A stretch of DNA of 63,582 bases, filler included, from Reticulomyxa filosa (lineage: Eukaryota > Protista > Foraminifera): the NCBI GenBank assembly GCA_000512085.1. It is 25 parts of 25 records of this genome, joined end to end, with 100 filler letters (N's around TTAATTAATTAA, not from the genome) between each part and the next. Parts side by side here need not be neighbours in the genome. Positions count along the whole stretch, not along the records: positions 51,972 to 53,313 come from ASPP01033786.1; positions 53,414 to 54,870 come from ASPP01038734.1; positions 54,971 to 56,260 come from ASPP01002999.1; positions 56,361 to 58,588 come from ASPP01011681.1; positions 58,689 to 60,286 come from ASPP01033303.1; positions 60,387 to 63,582 come from ASPP01007024.1; 19 more parts are not named here. One strand, given 5' to 3'. Under the pieces are notes generated by a model. That model was not told where the DNA came from and searched no databases. It saw only the letters and a list, made by a program, of their open reading frames with translations. The first letter of the stretch is position 1. Every line of letters starts with the position of its first letter. Shown in pieces: positions 52,178 through 63,300 of this stretch. The position numbers and the translations under genes are program-made.

Positions 52178-53250
52178 TTGAGTGCGCACATTAGCGACTC
52201 TGAATTTGAATTGTGGATATGTTGGTCATAGGCATCGTCAGCGACGAATACATCAGAGAATAAAAAAAAAAGAATGGTACTCATTCACTAACTAGACCGT
52301 CAATCGAAACGTTGGCTTTAATGGAAATGCTCGTGCAAAGTTCGTCTCTCATTACAATGGTGACAATTGTTTTCAACTACAAAATCCATCTGCTCTAGTG
52401 GAACAGTTGGACAAGGACAAGCTGGATATTGGTGCCGACAAACGATGAAAGCAGGGTCTCCAAGAAGAATGAAAAAAAACGTAGTGATATCGCGCAAAGT
52501 GGTGGAGGAGTTGTGAGGAACTCCGTCAAGACACCAACAAGCAAGAGAAGAAAGAAAATCACAAAGTAACATTGTGTTGGATTTGTTTTTAAAAAAAAAA
52601 CAATACGTAGGGCTGGCTTTCTGTGTTTGTAGTATGAAAATTATCCTTTGTTCCTGGAAACGCGCAAAGTCGCCATTCGCTGACGTGGACTGGCTTCTCA
52701 TATCGCACTCTAATGGAAGATGGAGAACGAGTATTGCAATGTATGGAAAGATGTTCGCCATCAACATCGGTGCACACAAGTCTATGCGAAAAGTATTGAC
52801 TCGCAAAGCGCCAAAGTGTGTGTCGAATTGCTATCTACATGTGCCAAAACACAAGGAACACGATGTCGTTATGGAAATGGCGATAATTTAATGAACACAA
52901 AAAAATAATAGAAACTAGTTATGTGAGTGCGCATATTCGCAACTTTGGAGTTTGATCTTTGCATATGCCGATTATGATGAACCTTACGCAATGGATACGC
53001 CCAAGAATGGAAAAAAAATTTGGTAATACTTCCATCATTAGATAGCCATCAAAACTTTGAATGTAATGAAAATTCCCGCGCAAAGTGTGTCTGTCATCAC
53101 AAAGGAGACAATATTTTTCAAGTACGAAGTCCACCCGCTCTCGTTGAACAATTAGATAAAATTTTCCCAGAATCAATCCCGGAAAGTTGGATCCTGGCGC
53201 TGACAAACGACGAAAGCAAGCTCGTCAAGAAGAAAAAAAAAAATGTTGGT
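52178..53250 (+). pseudogene. Two degenerate tandem copies (period about 745 bp) of an unrecognised coding unit
   Basis: SAHISDSEFELWIC vs SAHIRNF..DLCIC; NARAKFVSHYNGDNCFQLQNPSALVEQLDK vs NSRAKCVCHHKGDNIFQVRSPPALVEQLDK; KLDIGADKR*KQ vs KLDPGADKRRKQ. Confidence 0.7.
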
Positions 53251-54129
53251 ATCATTGGACCATCAATCTAAACATTGTCGCATGGGTGCATAGTGACGAT
53301 GCAAGCGTCTCCANNNNNNNNNNNNNNNNNNNNNNNNNNNNNNNNNNNNNNNNNNNNTTAATTAATTAANNNNNNNNNNNNNNNNNNNNNNNNNNNNNNN
53401 NNNNNNNNNNNNNTTTTTTTTTTGACCAGTCAAAAGTATATCATTCATCTTCTCACAACTCCAACTTTATTTTAAAAATCAATGATCACATTTCTTTTTA
53501 ATTGTGAACTGAACTGTTATTTCATAAAACAGCAAAGATATTTCCTGTGAAAAAAATTATCTCTTTGTTCGGAACAGCGCAAGTCTATTGTTTTATTATT
53601 AATTTTGCAACTTTGTGAAAAAGAATTTTAACAATGAATCAGAAAAAATTATACGCCAATTTGACTCATCGTAAGGGAATGTGCTGATCAAACAAAAAAC
53701 AATTTAACGAAAATATTAAGTTACCTGAATTGCATCAGCGTTTCCGCAAAAAAAAAATAAATTTAAAAACATCTGGTCAAGGATACGGGATTGTCCTTGT
53801 TAATACAACTTGTTTCAAAAAAAATAATAAAACAATTAACAGTTTAACAAAAAAACAAAAGTACAAAACAGTTTTTGTCTGTGAAGAAAAACTCAAACAA
53901 GGGACTAACTTTAAAAAAATTATAATCCAATTTTTATAAACAAATTTTTTGCATTTTTTATAATAGAATAGAAACTTATTCATTTCGAAAATTAGTGGCT
54001 GAAATTATTTCAAATTATTAAAATTCATCGAATTGAATAGAGAAAAAAACATCTACAATATAACACCAATTCACAAAAAAAAAAAGTAACAACAAAGCGT
54101 CTTCAACAAACTGAAGATAGATCATTTAT

Positions 54130-54870
54130 TCAATAGCATTTCCTTGATATTGCCAACAAAAATTAATCCTGACCTAGATCTTGTCAGCATGACATTGACA
54201 CGAGCTCTTTCTCTCACAAACCCTACATTTCATCTCTTTGACTCTGACTGTAATGAAAATGATAACTTTACTTTCATTTCACTGAAATTTGTCCACAATG
54301 CAAACTTCGAAGCATTATTTACTATCACATATAAATCATTTAATTTTTCTTCAATGTTTTCCCGTTGAGCTCGATATGGTGTGATGATCATGTCTCCAGT
54401 TTTGCTGCAACATATACAAGTCTGCCGTTGTTGATCAAGCGCCCAAACAATAATGTGTCAAGTCCACGCTAAAAACAACGCATACACATATATATTTATG
54501 TATATATTATATTTATATACGATAATAATACACTATAACTTTTTTTAGCATGAACAGACATTGTTCTAATTGGTGATAACAAGCAGTTACCGCCAACGAT
54601 CAAGTGACCAAGCTGGCTTTAACTTTTGTAAAGGTGTCAACAGTACACTGATTTGATTATCATCGATGATAATCAAATCAACCTTTTTTTTTTCCAACAC
54701 CACATTTACTGCACCTACGCAGGTGCAAGAAATTATTGCCGACTGCTATACCACTTTGGCCCATTCTTTTTTTCAGTAATGGTGTAGCAATACTCCGCGA
54801 TACTTTTGCTCGTCCAAAATCGAACATACACCCAATCGCAAACAATCCATTTGGTGTTCTATCAGTCTCT
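54130..54870 (-). pseudogene. Rearranged SF1 (Upf1/DNA2/NAM7-like) helicase relic
   Basis: Minus strand: IISCTCVGA, VDLIIIDD, IITPYRAQ and NVGFVRERARVNVMLTRSRSGLIFVGN. Plus strand 54557..54604: DIVLIGDNKQLPPTIK. Confidence 0.85.
54649..54680. repeat. Perfect 32-bp palindrome
   Basis: TGATTTGATTATCATC|GATGATAATCAAATCA. Confidence 0.97.
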
Positions 54871-54970
54871 NNNNNNNNNNNNNNNNNNNNNNNNNNNNNN
54901 NNNNNNNNNNNNNNTTAATTAATTAANNNNNNNNNNNNNNNNNNNNNNNNNNNNNNNNNNNNNNNNNNNN

Positions 54971-56139
54971 TCTATAATGATGGTTATTATACAGATGCGA
55001 CTCAATTTATAATGGCATTGAAAGAAGGACAGTTAGATTATGTCTTTAAATGTTTGACTGGTCAATTATCCGATGAAAAAGAATACGATAATGTTCGTAT
55101 AAAATGTGCACAATTACTTGGAGAACTCTCCATTAAATGGAATGAAAAACAATTGATTGATGCTTTCAATTCTTTAATAGATATATTCAATGATATAGAT
55201 AATATCTTATAATGCGTTTAATGCTGTACGTGAGGCAATTGCAGCAATTAAGTGAAATTGCCTGGAAGACAATTCGATAATGCTTTTAATTATTTAATTA
55301 GTAGATTAAATTGTGGGAACAATGCATATTATCTACTTAAAGAAATTGCACAGAGATTGGATGAAAAACAAATGAACATTACATTGAATTATTTTATGGA
55401 TAAGAAAAATGATAAAAATGAACATCAAAATACTCGTATCAAGTGCATTCAATTAATTAACGAAATTTCAAATGAACAACAATTGAATGAAGCTTTTAAC
55501 TCTTCAATGGATATATTCACTGATAAAAATGATGATAAAGATGTGCGTAGGGAATGTGCAGAATTACTTGGGACAATTGCAGTGAATCTAAATGGAAAAC
55601 ATTTCGACGATGCTTTTAAATGTTTGATCAATGGATTCAAAGGTAGCAGTGAATGGAATCATAAATTGTATGCAGAATCTATTGGATATCTTTCAATGAA
55701 ATTAAACAAAAAGCAATTGGATAATGTTTTTGAATGCTTGAATGGATCAAAAGATGAAAATGAATGTATTCGTGAATTATGTGAAAAATTACTTGAAACA
55801 ACTTCAACAAAATTGAATGATCAACAATTGAATAGAGTTTACAATGCTTTCATTTATGGGTTAAAAGATAATTATATCTGGGGGCATAAATCATGTGCAA
55901 AACCACTTGGTAAAATTGCAACAAAAGCGAGTAAGAAACAGCGGGAAGAAATTGTCAACGCTTTGATGGGTGCAACATTCTTGTTGGGAATGAGTCAGAA
56001 ACAATTAAAAGAAATATTAATTGAAAATAATTTATTGTATTGGGCTGCTGGTCGAAGTATCATATTAATTAAAGCAGAAAATTCAAATGTAAAAAAATTT
56101 GATGAAGGATGGGATCCATTCTCATTTTTAACATTTTAA
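54971..56139 (+). pseudogene. HEAT-repeat family gene with frameshifts
   Basis: Repeated QLD.AF.CL..G..D....VR..CA..LG.I...LN.KQL units. The frame is broken near 55210-55252. Confidence 0.75.
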
Positions 56140-56373
56140 ATATTTTTGTTGTTTGAAATATGTATTAGATTAAGACAGGAAGAAACAAGTCAGATGCGAT
56201 TACCAAGAGGTTCAAAATTCAAACAAGTATATGAAAAAGGTGTGAAAGAATTGCAAGTACNNNNNNNNNNNNNNNNNNNNNNNNNNNNNNNNNNNNNNNN
56301 NNNNTTAATTAATTAANNNNNNNNNNNNNNNNNNNNNNNNNNNNNNNNNNNNNNNNNNNNACATGTATGTATA

Positions 56374-56404
<31 letters not shown>

Positions 56405-56491
56405 GAATATGTATATATTTCTTTTTTTTAAATGTCGCAATTGCTTTGCAAATAATAATAGATAAGTGACACATTTGTATATATGTATTAG

Positions 56492-57647
56492 ACGAACTGG
56501 ACTACGAGTCCGAGAACATGTTCCCGGCTATGTAAAGATCGGATTGAAGGCTATGTATGACGCATGGCTGGCCAGGTCGGACAAAACTCGTACTCAAAAA
56601 GTGTTGCAACACATTGCTAGTCGCAGAGTTAATTCATCAATTCATAACAATGATGATACGTAGATTGCGTCTAATGTGTTGCGTCCAAATTTAAAAAAAG
56701 TTATACACAACAATAATAATTTTCAATAGGCCAAACGATTGGAAAGTCAAGAAAGTGCTAAATACGTCAACGCTTTTGCGCGATTTAACCATGTGAACTG
56801 GAGTGAGTTTGATCCATCTTTTGTTTCCAGCTACCCCACTTTTTATTCACTCCTATGTCGAAAGATGATCCAAAAGCAACCCTCCAAAACTGAAAAAGAC
56901 TCCATCACTTGTCCTGTTGACGGAAGAGTTGTCACTTATCAAACATTACAAGATTGTCAAGACCTTTGGATTCGAGTTTCGAAACTTTGGTTTTTTTTTT
57001 TTTTTTTTTTTCAAAAAAATGTGGACATTGCATTTACTAGGGCTCCAAGTTTACAATGGACAAATTATTAGCCGGAGCCATCCCACCGTCATTGACTGAA
57101 CGGATTGGCAATGTCAATAAATGGGCCATTTTAGGAGCTAGAATAACGTCGTCCGAGTATCTTGGTGTACATATGCCTTATCCTGGAAAGATTTTACATG
57201 TGTTTGAAAAAGATGGAGCCTGTTATTGCCTCACACCCATTGTGCTATCCCAAGAGGTAAACGTGTTGACGGACAATACAAGAACCATTTTGATGGTCGA
57301 AGCAGATATCGGAATAATGATTATTGTGCTTTTTAACTCGTTGGACGCTTATTCATGTCAAATACCACACAAAATCGGAGATGAAGTAAAAAAAGGAGAA
57401 TTACTTGCCTTTTATGAGTTAATTCAATAAAAACCAAAACATTTTTGTCTTGAATACTCTAAAATATGGCAAAATACAACAAAATAAAACGGAAAAAAAA
57501 AGGTATGGTGGATCGTACGTATTAACCTTTTTCGAAAGTGAAAAGATTGAATTTGATAAAGACTTACTTACTTCAAGTACTTCTTGGAAGAGAATTGAAA
57601 CATGGGTGGAATGTAATGAGGTCATTGGCCGCAAGAACAAAATTTAA
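56492..57647 (+). CDS. Phosphatidylserine decarboxylase-like protein (Psd2/GGST type), divergent, 5' partial
   Basis: YPTFYSLLCRK, ITCPVDGRV, WIR/GSKFT, VHMP..GKI, NVLTDNTR, GDEVKKGELLAFYEYGGSYVLTFFE...IEFDKDL and ET.V. Confidence 0.85.
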
Positions 57648-58434
57648 ATTTTGTTTTGTTGTAAATTCAAATTTCTTGAGAAATGTTTTGTTTTTTTTTT
57701 CATTATGTGCAGTCGATAAAAAAATGTCTATTTGAAAAAAACATTTTGCACTTAAAATAACACAAGTTTTTTTTTTGCGACACATAAAGCGTAGTATTAT
57801 ATCTTTCAGCCTTTTTTACGTTAAATTAGTAAAACAAACAAATTTAAAACATATAAATACGCTGAAATTATCAATACTATCAGAAACATTATTTTTTGCA
57901 GACTGTGGTTTGCAAAAAAGACCAACATCTTCCAACCACAAATTATACCATTATTATTTTTATAAAAAAAAAAATAACACTCAAACTCAAACGTAGCTAT
58001 GCCTTCGAAGTTCTGAACGTGACCTGCGCCAGATAACAAGTTAAGTGATTCAAGCACATTTAAAATATTCATTTCCCAAAGTGGCAAATCACAGCCTCTC
58101 CTTTGAGTTACCAAATTTTTCTTTTTTTTTTATGACAAGGCCAAAACTTATTGTATGACAAAAAAGTGCCAATAAGATATAAACTTGAAATATGGATGCA
58201 ATTGTTTGAAATAAGTACGCAATGACAATTATCAAAGAAATAATGAGCATTGCAAAATGTTTTCAATTTTTCACGTATTATACTCCTTTGTTGTCACTGT
58301 TCTGCAAGGTCGTCTCAGAAGGTACAGCACAATCTGTGATGAATGTTCTCTCTTCCAGCTGTTGTTGTTTTTTGGAATTTTTTTTGGGACGATTTATCAT
58401 AAATAAACCAACATCAAATCAAAACAAAGTAATC

Positions 58435-58588
58435 ATGAGCACCACAAAACTCTTTGAGGAGTTGGCACCATTGCCTGGTGGACTTTTTCAATGTCAATAT
58501 GTGCCACATAAAAATGAAATTCTCGTTTGCGGAGGTTACGGTGTGAGAGACTGCTATTCCTATCATTTGATAAGAGATGAGTACAAGA
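58435..58588 (+). CDS. Kelch-like repeat family gene, 5' fragment
   Basis: FEELAPLP...HKNEILVCGGYGVRDCYSYHLIRDEYK. Confidence 0.75.
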
Positions 58589-58688
58589 NNNNNNNNNNNN
58601 NNNNNNNNNNNNNNNNNNNNNNNNNNNNNNNNTTAATTAATTAANNNNNNNNNNNNNNNNNNNNNNNNNNNNNNNNNNNNNNNNNNNN

Positions 58689-59137
58689 CCACCAATCAAT
58701 CCACGCACTCCTTGTAAATCATCTTCTAATTTTCCAATGTTGGTATCTTGATTATGTTTTACCCAAGTATTAAATGATTGATGAATAGAATGTTCAGATT
58801 TGGAGTCACTAATTTCCCATACACTTTTATATTTCATTGAAAATGTTTCTTTCATTTCATTTATACCTTGTCCTCCAAATGATAATAAATGAATTTAATT
58901 GGAATTGGTTTGTGAATCAATCAATTGTAGAACACAATGTCCAATTAATTGAACATGATTAGGATAAGAGCAGATGTATTTGTATTGTTTTTTGAGAGTA
59001 TGATAGGAATAACAGTCGTTAGTTTCATAGCCTCCACAAACAAGGAGTTCATCCTTGAACAAAAGACATTGTGAATTACTTAGTGGCTTGGGTAAGTCAG
59101 GCAAAGTTTCAAAGATGTTGTTGAGTTGAGTAGACAT
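58689..59137 (-). pseudogene. Kelch-like repeat family gene with in-frame stop
   Basis: FETLPDLP..LSNSQC..FKDELLVCGGY...CYSYH...GHCV...SN*IHLLSFGG, with TAA at 58895-58897. Confidence 0.8.
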
Positions 59138-60386
59138 GTCAGAGGTGCTTTTTTTTTTTTGTTGAAGTGTTCTGACAGTCCCTCTTTTTTAGAACGAATA
59201 TTTGGATACGAAAAATTGGCAATCCACTTGGAAATGATGGAATGTTTTTTGTTCAACAAATAATAATAATTTTAAAATTGATTTATTAAAATCTTGTTTT
59301 GATTTGATGAATAATGATTTGCAGATTTGTTGTTGAATTTCTTTGGATTATTCCTGTCTTTCTTGCTAAAAGATTAATTATTTCGTTGTGCTGAAAGAAA
59401 AAAGAAACAGGAACTGACTATTGGGGCAAGGGAGGCAAAAAAGAGGCTTTTATTTTAAAAAAATTTCAAGAAAGACAAAACTAAACTCAAGTACTGAAGC
59501 TTAAATTACAAATGATTTCTTTGTGAAAGAATAAATGCATTACTAGAAAAACAAAAGCAAAAAAAAGTAGTAAATATGATCTTTTTAAGTTTGGGTTGTA
59601 ATTCAATACGTGTTACTTTGTTCATTTATTAGACAGCTGTTTTCACTGCAAAAGTGTGATTAAAAATGTGTTTTATCAACTTTTAAGACAGCTCAGATTT
59701 GTTGATTTTCACACGACGAAAAAATAAAAAAATTGACAGTTTAGCATTGTACATGTCACATAATAATGTATTCGAAAATTAATTTCTCTGAAAAAGAAAT
59801 TTACAAAAAAACTGGAGTGTGACATAGAATTTTTTTTATGTTTGAAGAACCAAGAACTTCTACTCCAAGTTGAGGGGTTGACTAAAAAAAGCCTACTGCA
59901 TTGATTGAGATAAATAGATTTGGTTGTTGTATGAAGCATTCGCTGGATAATTTTTTTATTGTTTCAAGTCTGTGTTACCCACTCACTTTACGGTAAAGTT
60001 TTGTCGTTTCAATTGGGAATTTTTTTTGTAAATAATTTCAATTACCAAAAAGCGATTCAACGGATGACTGTTGCATGAAATCGTCAGGTCATTGTTTACG
60101 CAGACCAAACTGATGCAAAGAAAATACACATGTCTTTTTTTCTAAAAAGATGTGTTAACGCACAAAATCAAAGGCCCAAAACGAGAAGATACAAAATAGT
60201 TTTTACTTCGCCTCAGAAGAGTTATTTCGTGCACAAATATTCTTGCTAAACTAAATTTCAAGTAGTGTGAGAGTTGTGAATTAGACNNNNNNNNNNNNNN
60301 NNNNNNNNNNNNNNNNNNNNNNNNNNNNNNTTAATTAATTAANNNNNNNNNNNNNNNNNNNNNNNNNNNNNNNNNNNNNNNNNNNN

Positions 60387-60427
<41 letters not shown>

Positions 60428-60429
60428 GA

Positions 60430-61211
60430 CCAGAAGCATGTACTAATTCACCCAGATTCGCTTGACAACTGCCAACAAAGTCATGGTCTTTTAGGTTGGT
60501 GGAATTGTTTTTGTCTTGGTCGTACACGTCAAATCGAATTTCTTGCTCTTCTTCGAAGTAATAGTCCAATAAAAACTCTTTTTGAAACTTCGGATAATGA
60601 TTATCTCTTTTTGTTTGTTTGTCATTTTGCTAGTTATCTTCTTGAACATTGATTTTTTTTAATTTATTAATAATTGTAAACAAAAAATTAAAACTTGATT
60701 GTTTCAGTGCGGCCAACTTCTTCGAATTTTCCCGATTTTTGAGTTTTGATTAACACTTTTTTTTTTTTTTAATGACAGATAGTCAATTGCAAGAGTTCCA
60801 TTACGGGTCCAAGAACGTTAAACGTTGTTGTTTTGTGTTGTATTTTTTTGTTTTATTGTTTGGTTTGTTTTGTTATGGCTTAATTGATTACACTCTCCCT
60901 TTCTATCCTTTCTGACCCCTCTCCATTCTTGCAGTTCCTCTCCCTTTTTTTTTACCACTTCACAAATGCGGTAATGACTCTAAAAAACAAGATAATGACA
61001 CACTTTAAAGAGGGAGACGGTCACGACAAACACAAAAATCAAAGGCTTCATATTTTTTTCTGTGTGTCATTTGCTGTAATAACTCACCAACAACAAACGG
61101 ATCCGTTTTACCAAACACGTCCTTGCTGACGAGATCTTGGCAAGACAAAAACATTTGCACTTGCTCTTTCAAGGTGTCAGCATATTTATCATTCACAGAC
61201 GCTTGCGCCAT
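60430..61211 (-). CDS. Copine (C2A domain), three exons, 3' partial
   Basis: LSCQDLVSKDVFGKTDPFVV, EVGRTETIKDNHYPKF, DYYFEEEQEIRFDVYD and HDFVGSCQANLGELV. Confidence 0.93.
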
Positions 61212-61508
61212 TATTTTCGCTTGTCAAACCGTAAAAAAGATATACTCAAAAGTAAGATTATTAAAATTTCGAGTTGCGTCAGCGAGAAGGAGCTCACGCT
61301 GGACTGAGTGAAAGACACTTGGCACTGAAACTAAACTAGATCTCATTCAATAAACTTTCTGCAGTGTTTATGTATCCAAAGATTTCAAGTTTGTTATCAA
61401 AAATACGAAATTACAGTCTCAAACGGGCCAGTCTTGTCTCTAATTTATTGTGGGTTTTGCTAAGACAAATGCAAACTTAAAAGTTAAAATAAAGTTTTTT
61501 CCTCTCCT

Positions 61509-62849
61509 TTGGAAACTGATACTGATTCTAAGTCTAGGAGGGGATCGAATGAAGATGACAACGACTTGGAGATTGAAATCCGCGAGAAGACAGATCAATC
61601 ATTGGCGTTGCAAGAATATAATGATCGACCATTGTTGTTGAATGGATTCAAATTCGACTTCCGCATGTTTGCAATTGTGACATCCTTGGAACCCTTTGAA
61701 TTCTACGTGTCGAGAGAGAGAGAGGGACTGGCGCGCATCTGCACGTCGAAATACCAATCTCCGAATCTTGCCAATTATCAAAACACTTGTATGCATCTTA
61801 CGAATTTCCATGTTAACAAACACAATGTATTGTCACATAAACAAAACAATGACTCGAATAGAAACCTCGACGTCAATGCTTCCACATTATTGGTTTTGAC
61901 ATTCTATTGGACCAAGATTTCAAATTGTGGCTTTTGGAAGTCAACGACAATCCGTCGGTTAGGATCTCCTCGCTCGTCGATTTCCAAATCAAAAAGCGTG
62001 TTTTTAACACACACTGTGTGGCATTTACTTTTTGACAAAGCTAATCTATTCAATCCCAAATCCAATGACAAGCATTCTGATAACAAGCATTCTGATGACA
62101 AGCATTTGAATGACAATCACAACAGTGAACATAGTCATTCGTTCGATTCTGTCACTGCTGCTGCATTGCTACTCAACAAAAATATCTTAGACGATATGCC
62201 CATCGCTTTTCGACAAACACTGACTGATAATAAGCGTGCACGCAAATTGCTACACTATTTCATTGAGGATCGCAACAATTCCAATCCCACTTCTCTCTCT
62301 GATTTGTCAACCCACTTTCGCTATCAACGCTATTGTCTACCCAATTGCTCTTTTTTACTCGACGACTCCACTGTCAGAAATCCTTTGCAGACGCTCAATC
62401 AACTTCGAATTTTCGAACAATACTCCGTGTTGCGCTCCATCTTCTCCTATTACTGTGCCAAGAACGAACACATTTATTTACAACAGTTTATGAACTTTGT
62501 CGATGACTTCGAAGTGCTGCAATATCTTGACATTTCAACTGCCAATCGCAATCCTTCTTTCAACAACGCACGGCACAAGTTCAATTCATTATCTAACAAA
62601 CAAAATATGTCCGCTACTCAAAAAACTGCTATACTCATGAAGACCAAACAGATTTGGGACACATTTATGCAAAAACAATTGTTTGGTCGAAGTCTGTCGC
62701 ACATGGACTTGGAGTGCTTTGCTGAATTACTTCTTCACATGTTGGCATTGCCCAATTCACACATACAAGAATCTGTCCATTTACACACCAAATGGAAAAA
62801 TTTCATGACCTTTTTGACACAAAAATATCAACTTCTTCATCCGTTGTAA
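61509..62849 (+). pseudogene. Tubulin-tyrosine-ligase-like (polyglutamylase type) gene, truncated and internally deleted
   Basis: QEYNDRPLLLNGFKFDFRMF, EGLARICT and MHLTNFHVNK are in the long ORF. CFHIIGFDILLD...WLLEVNDNPS is in a different plus frame at 61871..62000. Confidence 0.8.
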
Positions 62850-62915
62850 TCCATTCAATACATATTGCATTACATATTTTTCAATTTTCTATCTAAAGTG
62901 TATAAAAAGGTTTCT

Positions 62916-63300
62916 TTACATCTCTTCCTGCTTGCTTAATTGTTTGTTGTTGAGTTGCACAACAGCCAAATCTTTTTTAATTTGATCGTCAGTCTTGGCT
63001 TTCGTTCTAAGAGAAATCCATTTTAAAATAACATAATGCTTAAATTCATCTTTAAAACTCACAACAGTGGTAAGCAACACTTTTTTTAAAAGCTTGTGAA
63101 CTTTTCGTGTGTGCGACACGAACGAGAAAATCTTGTTTGAGAAAAGCCTTTTCACTTTTTGTTGCTTCCGATACCAAAAGGAAAAATGTATCGATTCATC
63201 ATTTTTTTGTAAGGATTCTTTTCTTTGAATTATTTCGTCGCGACTGTCCGTGGGTGAAAAAATACTTTTGTTGCGGTGACGTACAGTTTCCGATGCCTGA
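62916..63300 (-). CDS. Terminal exon of a hypothetical protein
   Basis: Open frame after an AG near 63298. No motif recognised. Confidence 0.3.

Noticed and set aside
39597-58897. In-frame TAA codons (39597, 58895, also about 30106) suggesting stop-codon reassignment
   Set aside because: They align to different expected residues (Lys in WD40, Glu in Kelch-like), and many intact genes here end in TAA. Point mutations in pseudogenes explain them.
60055-60120. Possible C/D snoRNA (GGATGA...CTGA)
   Set aside because: Box C is non-canonical and there is no clear terminal stem. No convincing tRNA, rRNA or snRNA was seen anywhere in the window by eye.
9609-60386. Regularly recurring TTAATTAATTAA flanked by N runs, superficially like a CRISPR or repeat array
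   Set aside because: Artificial 100-bp contig spacers. ORFs ending in XXXLIN and any gene clustering across them are artefacts.
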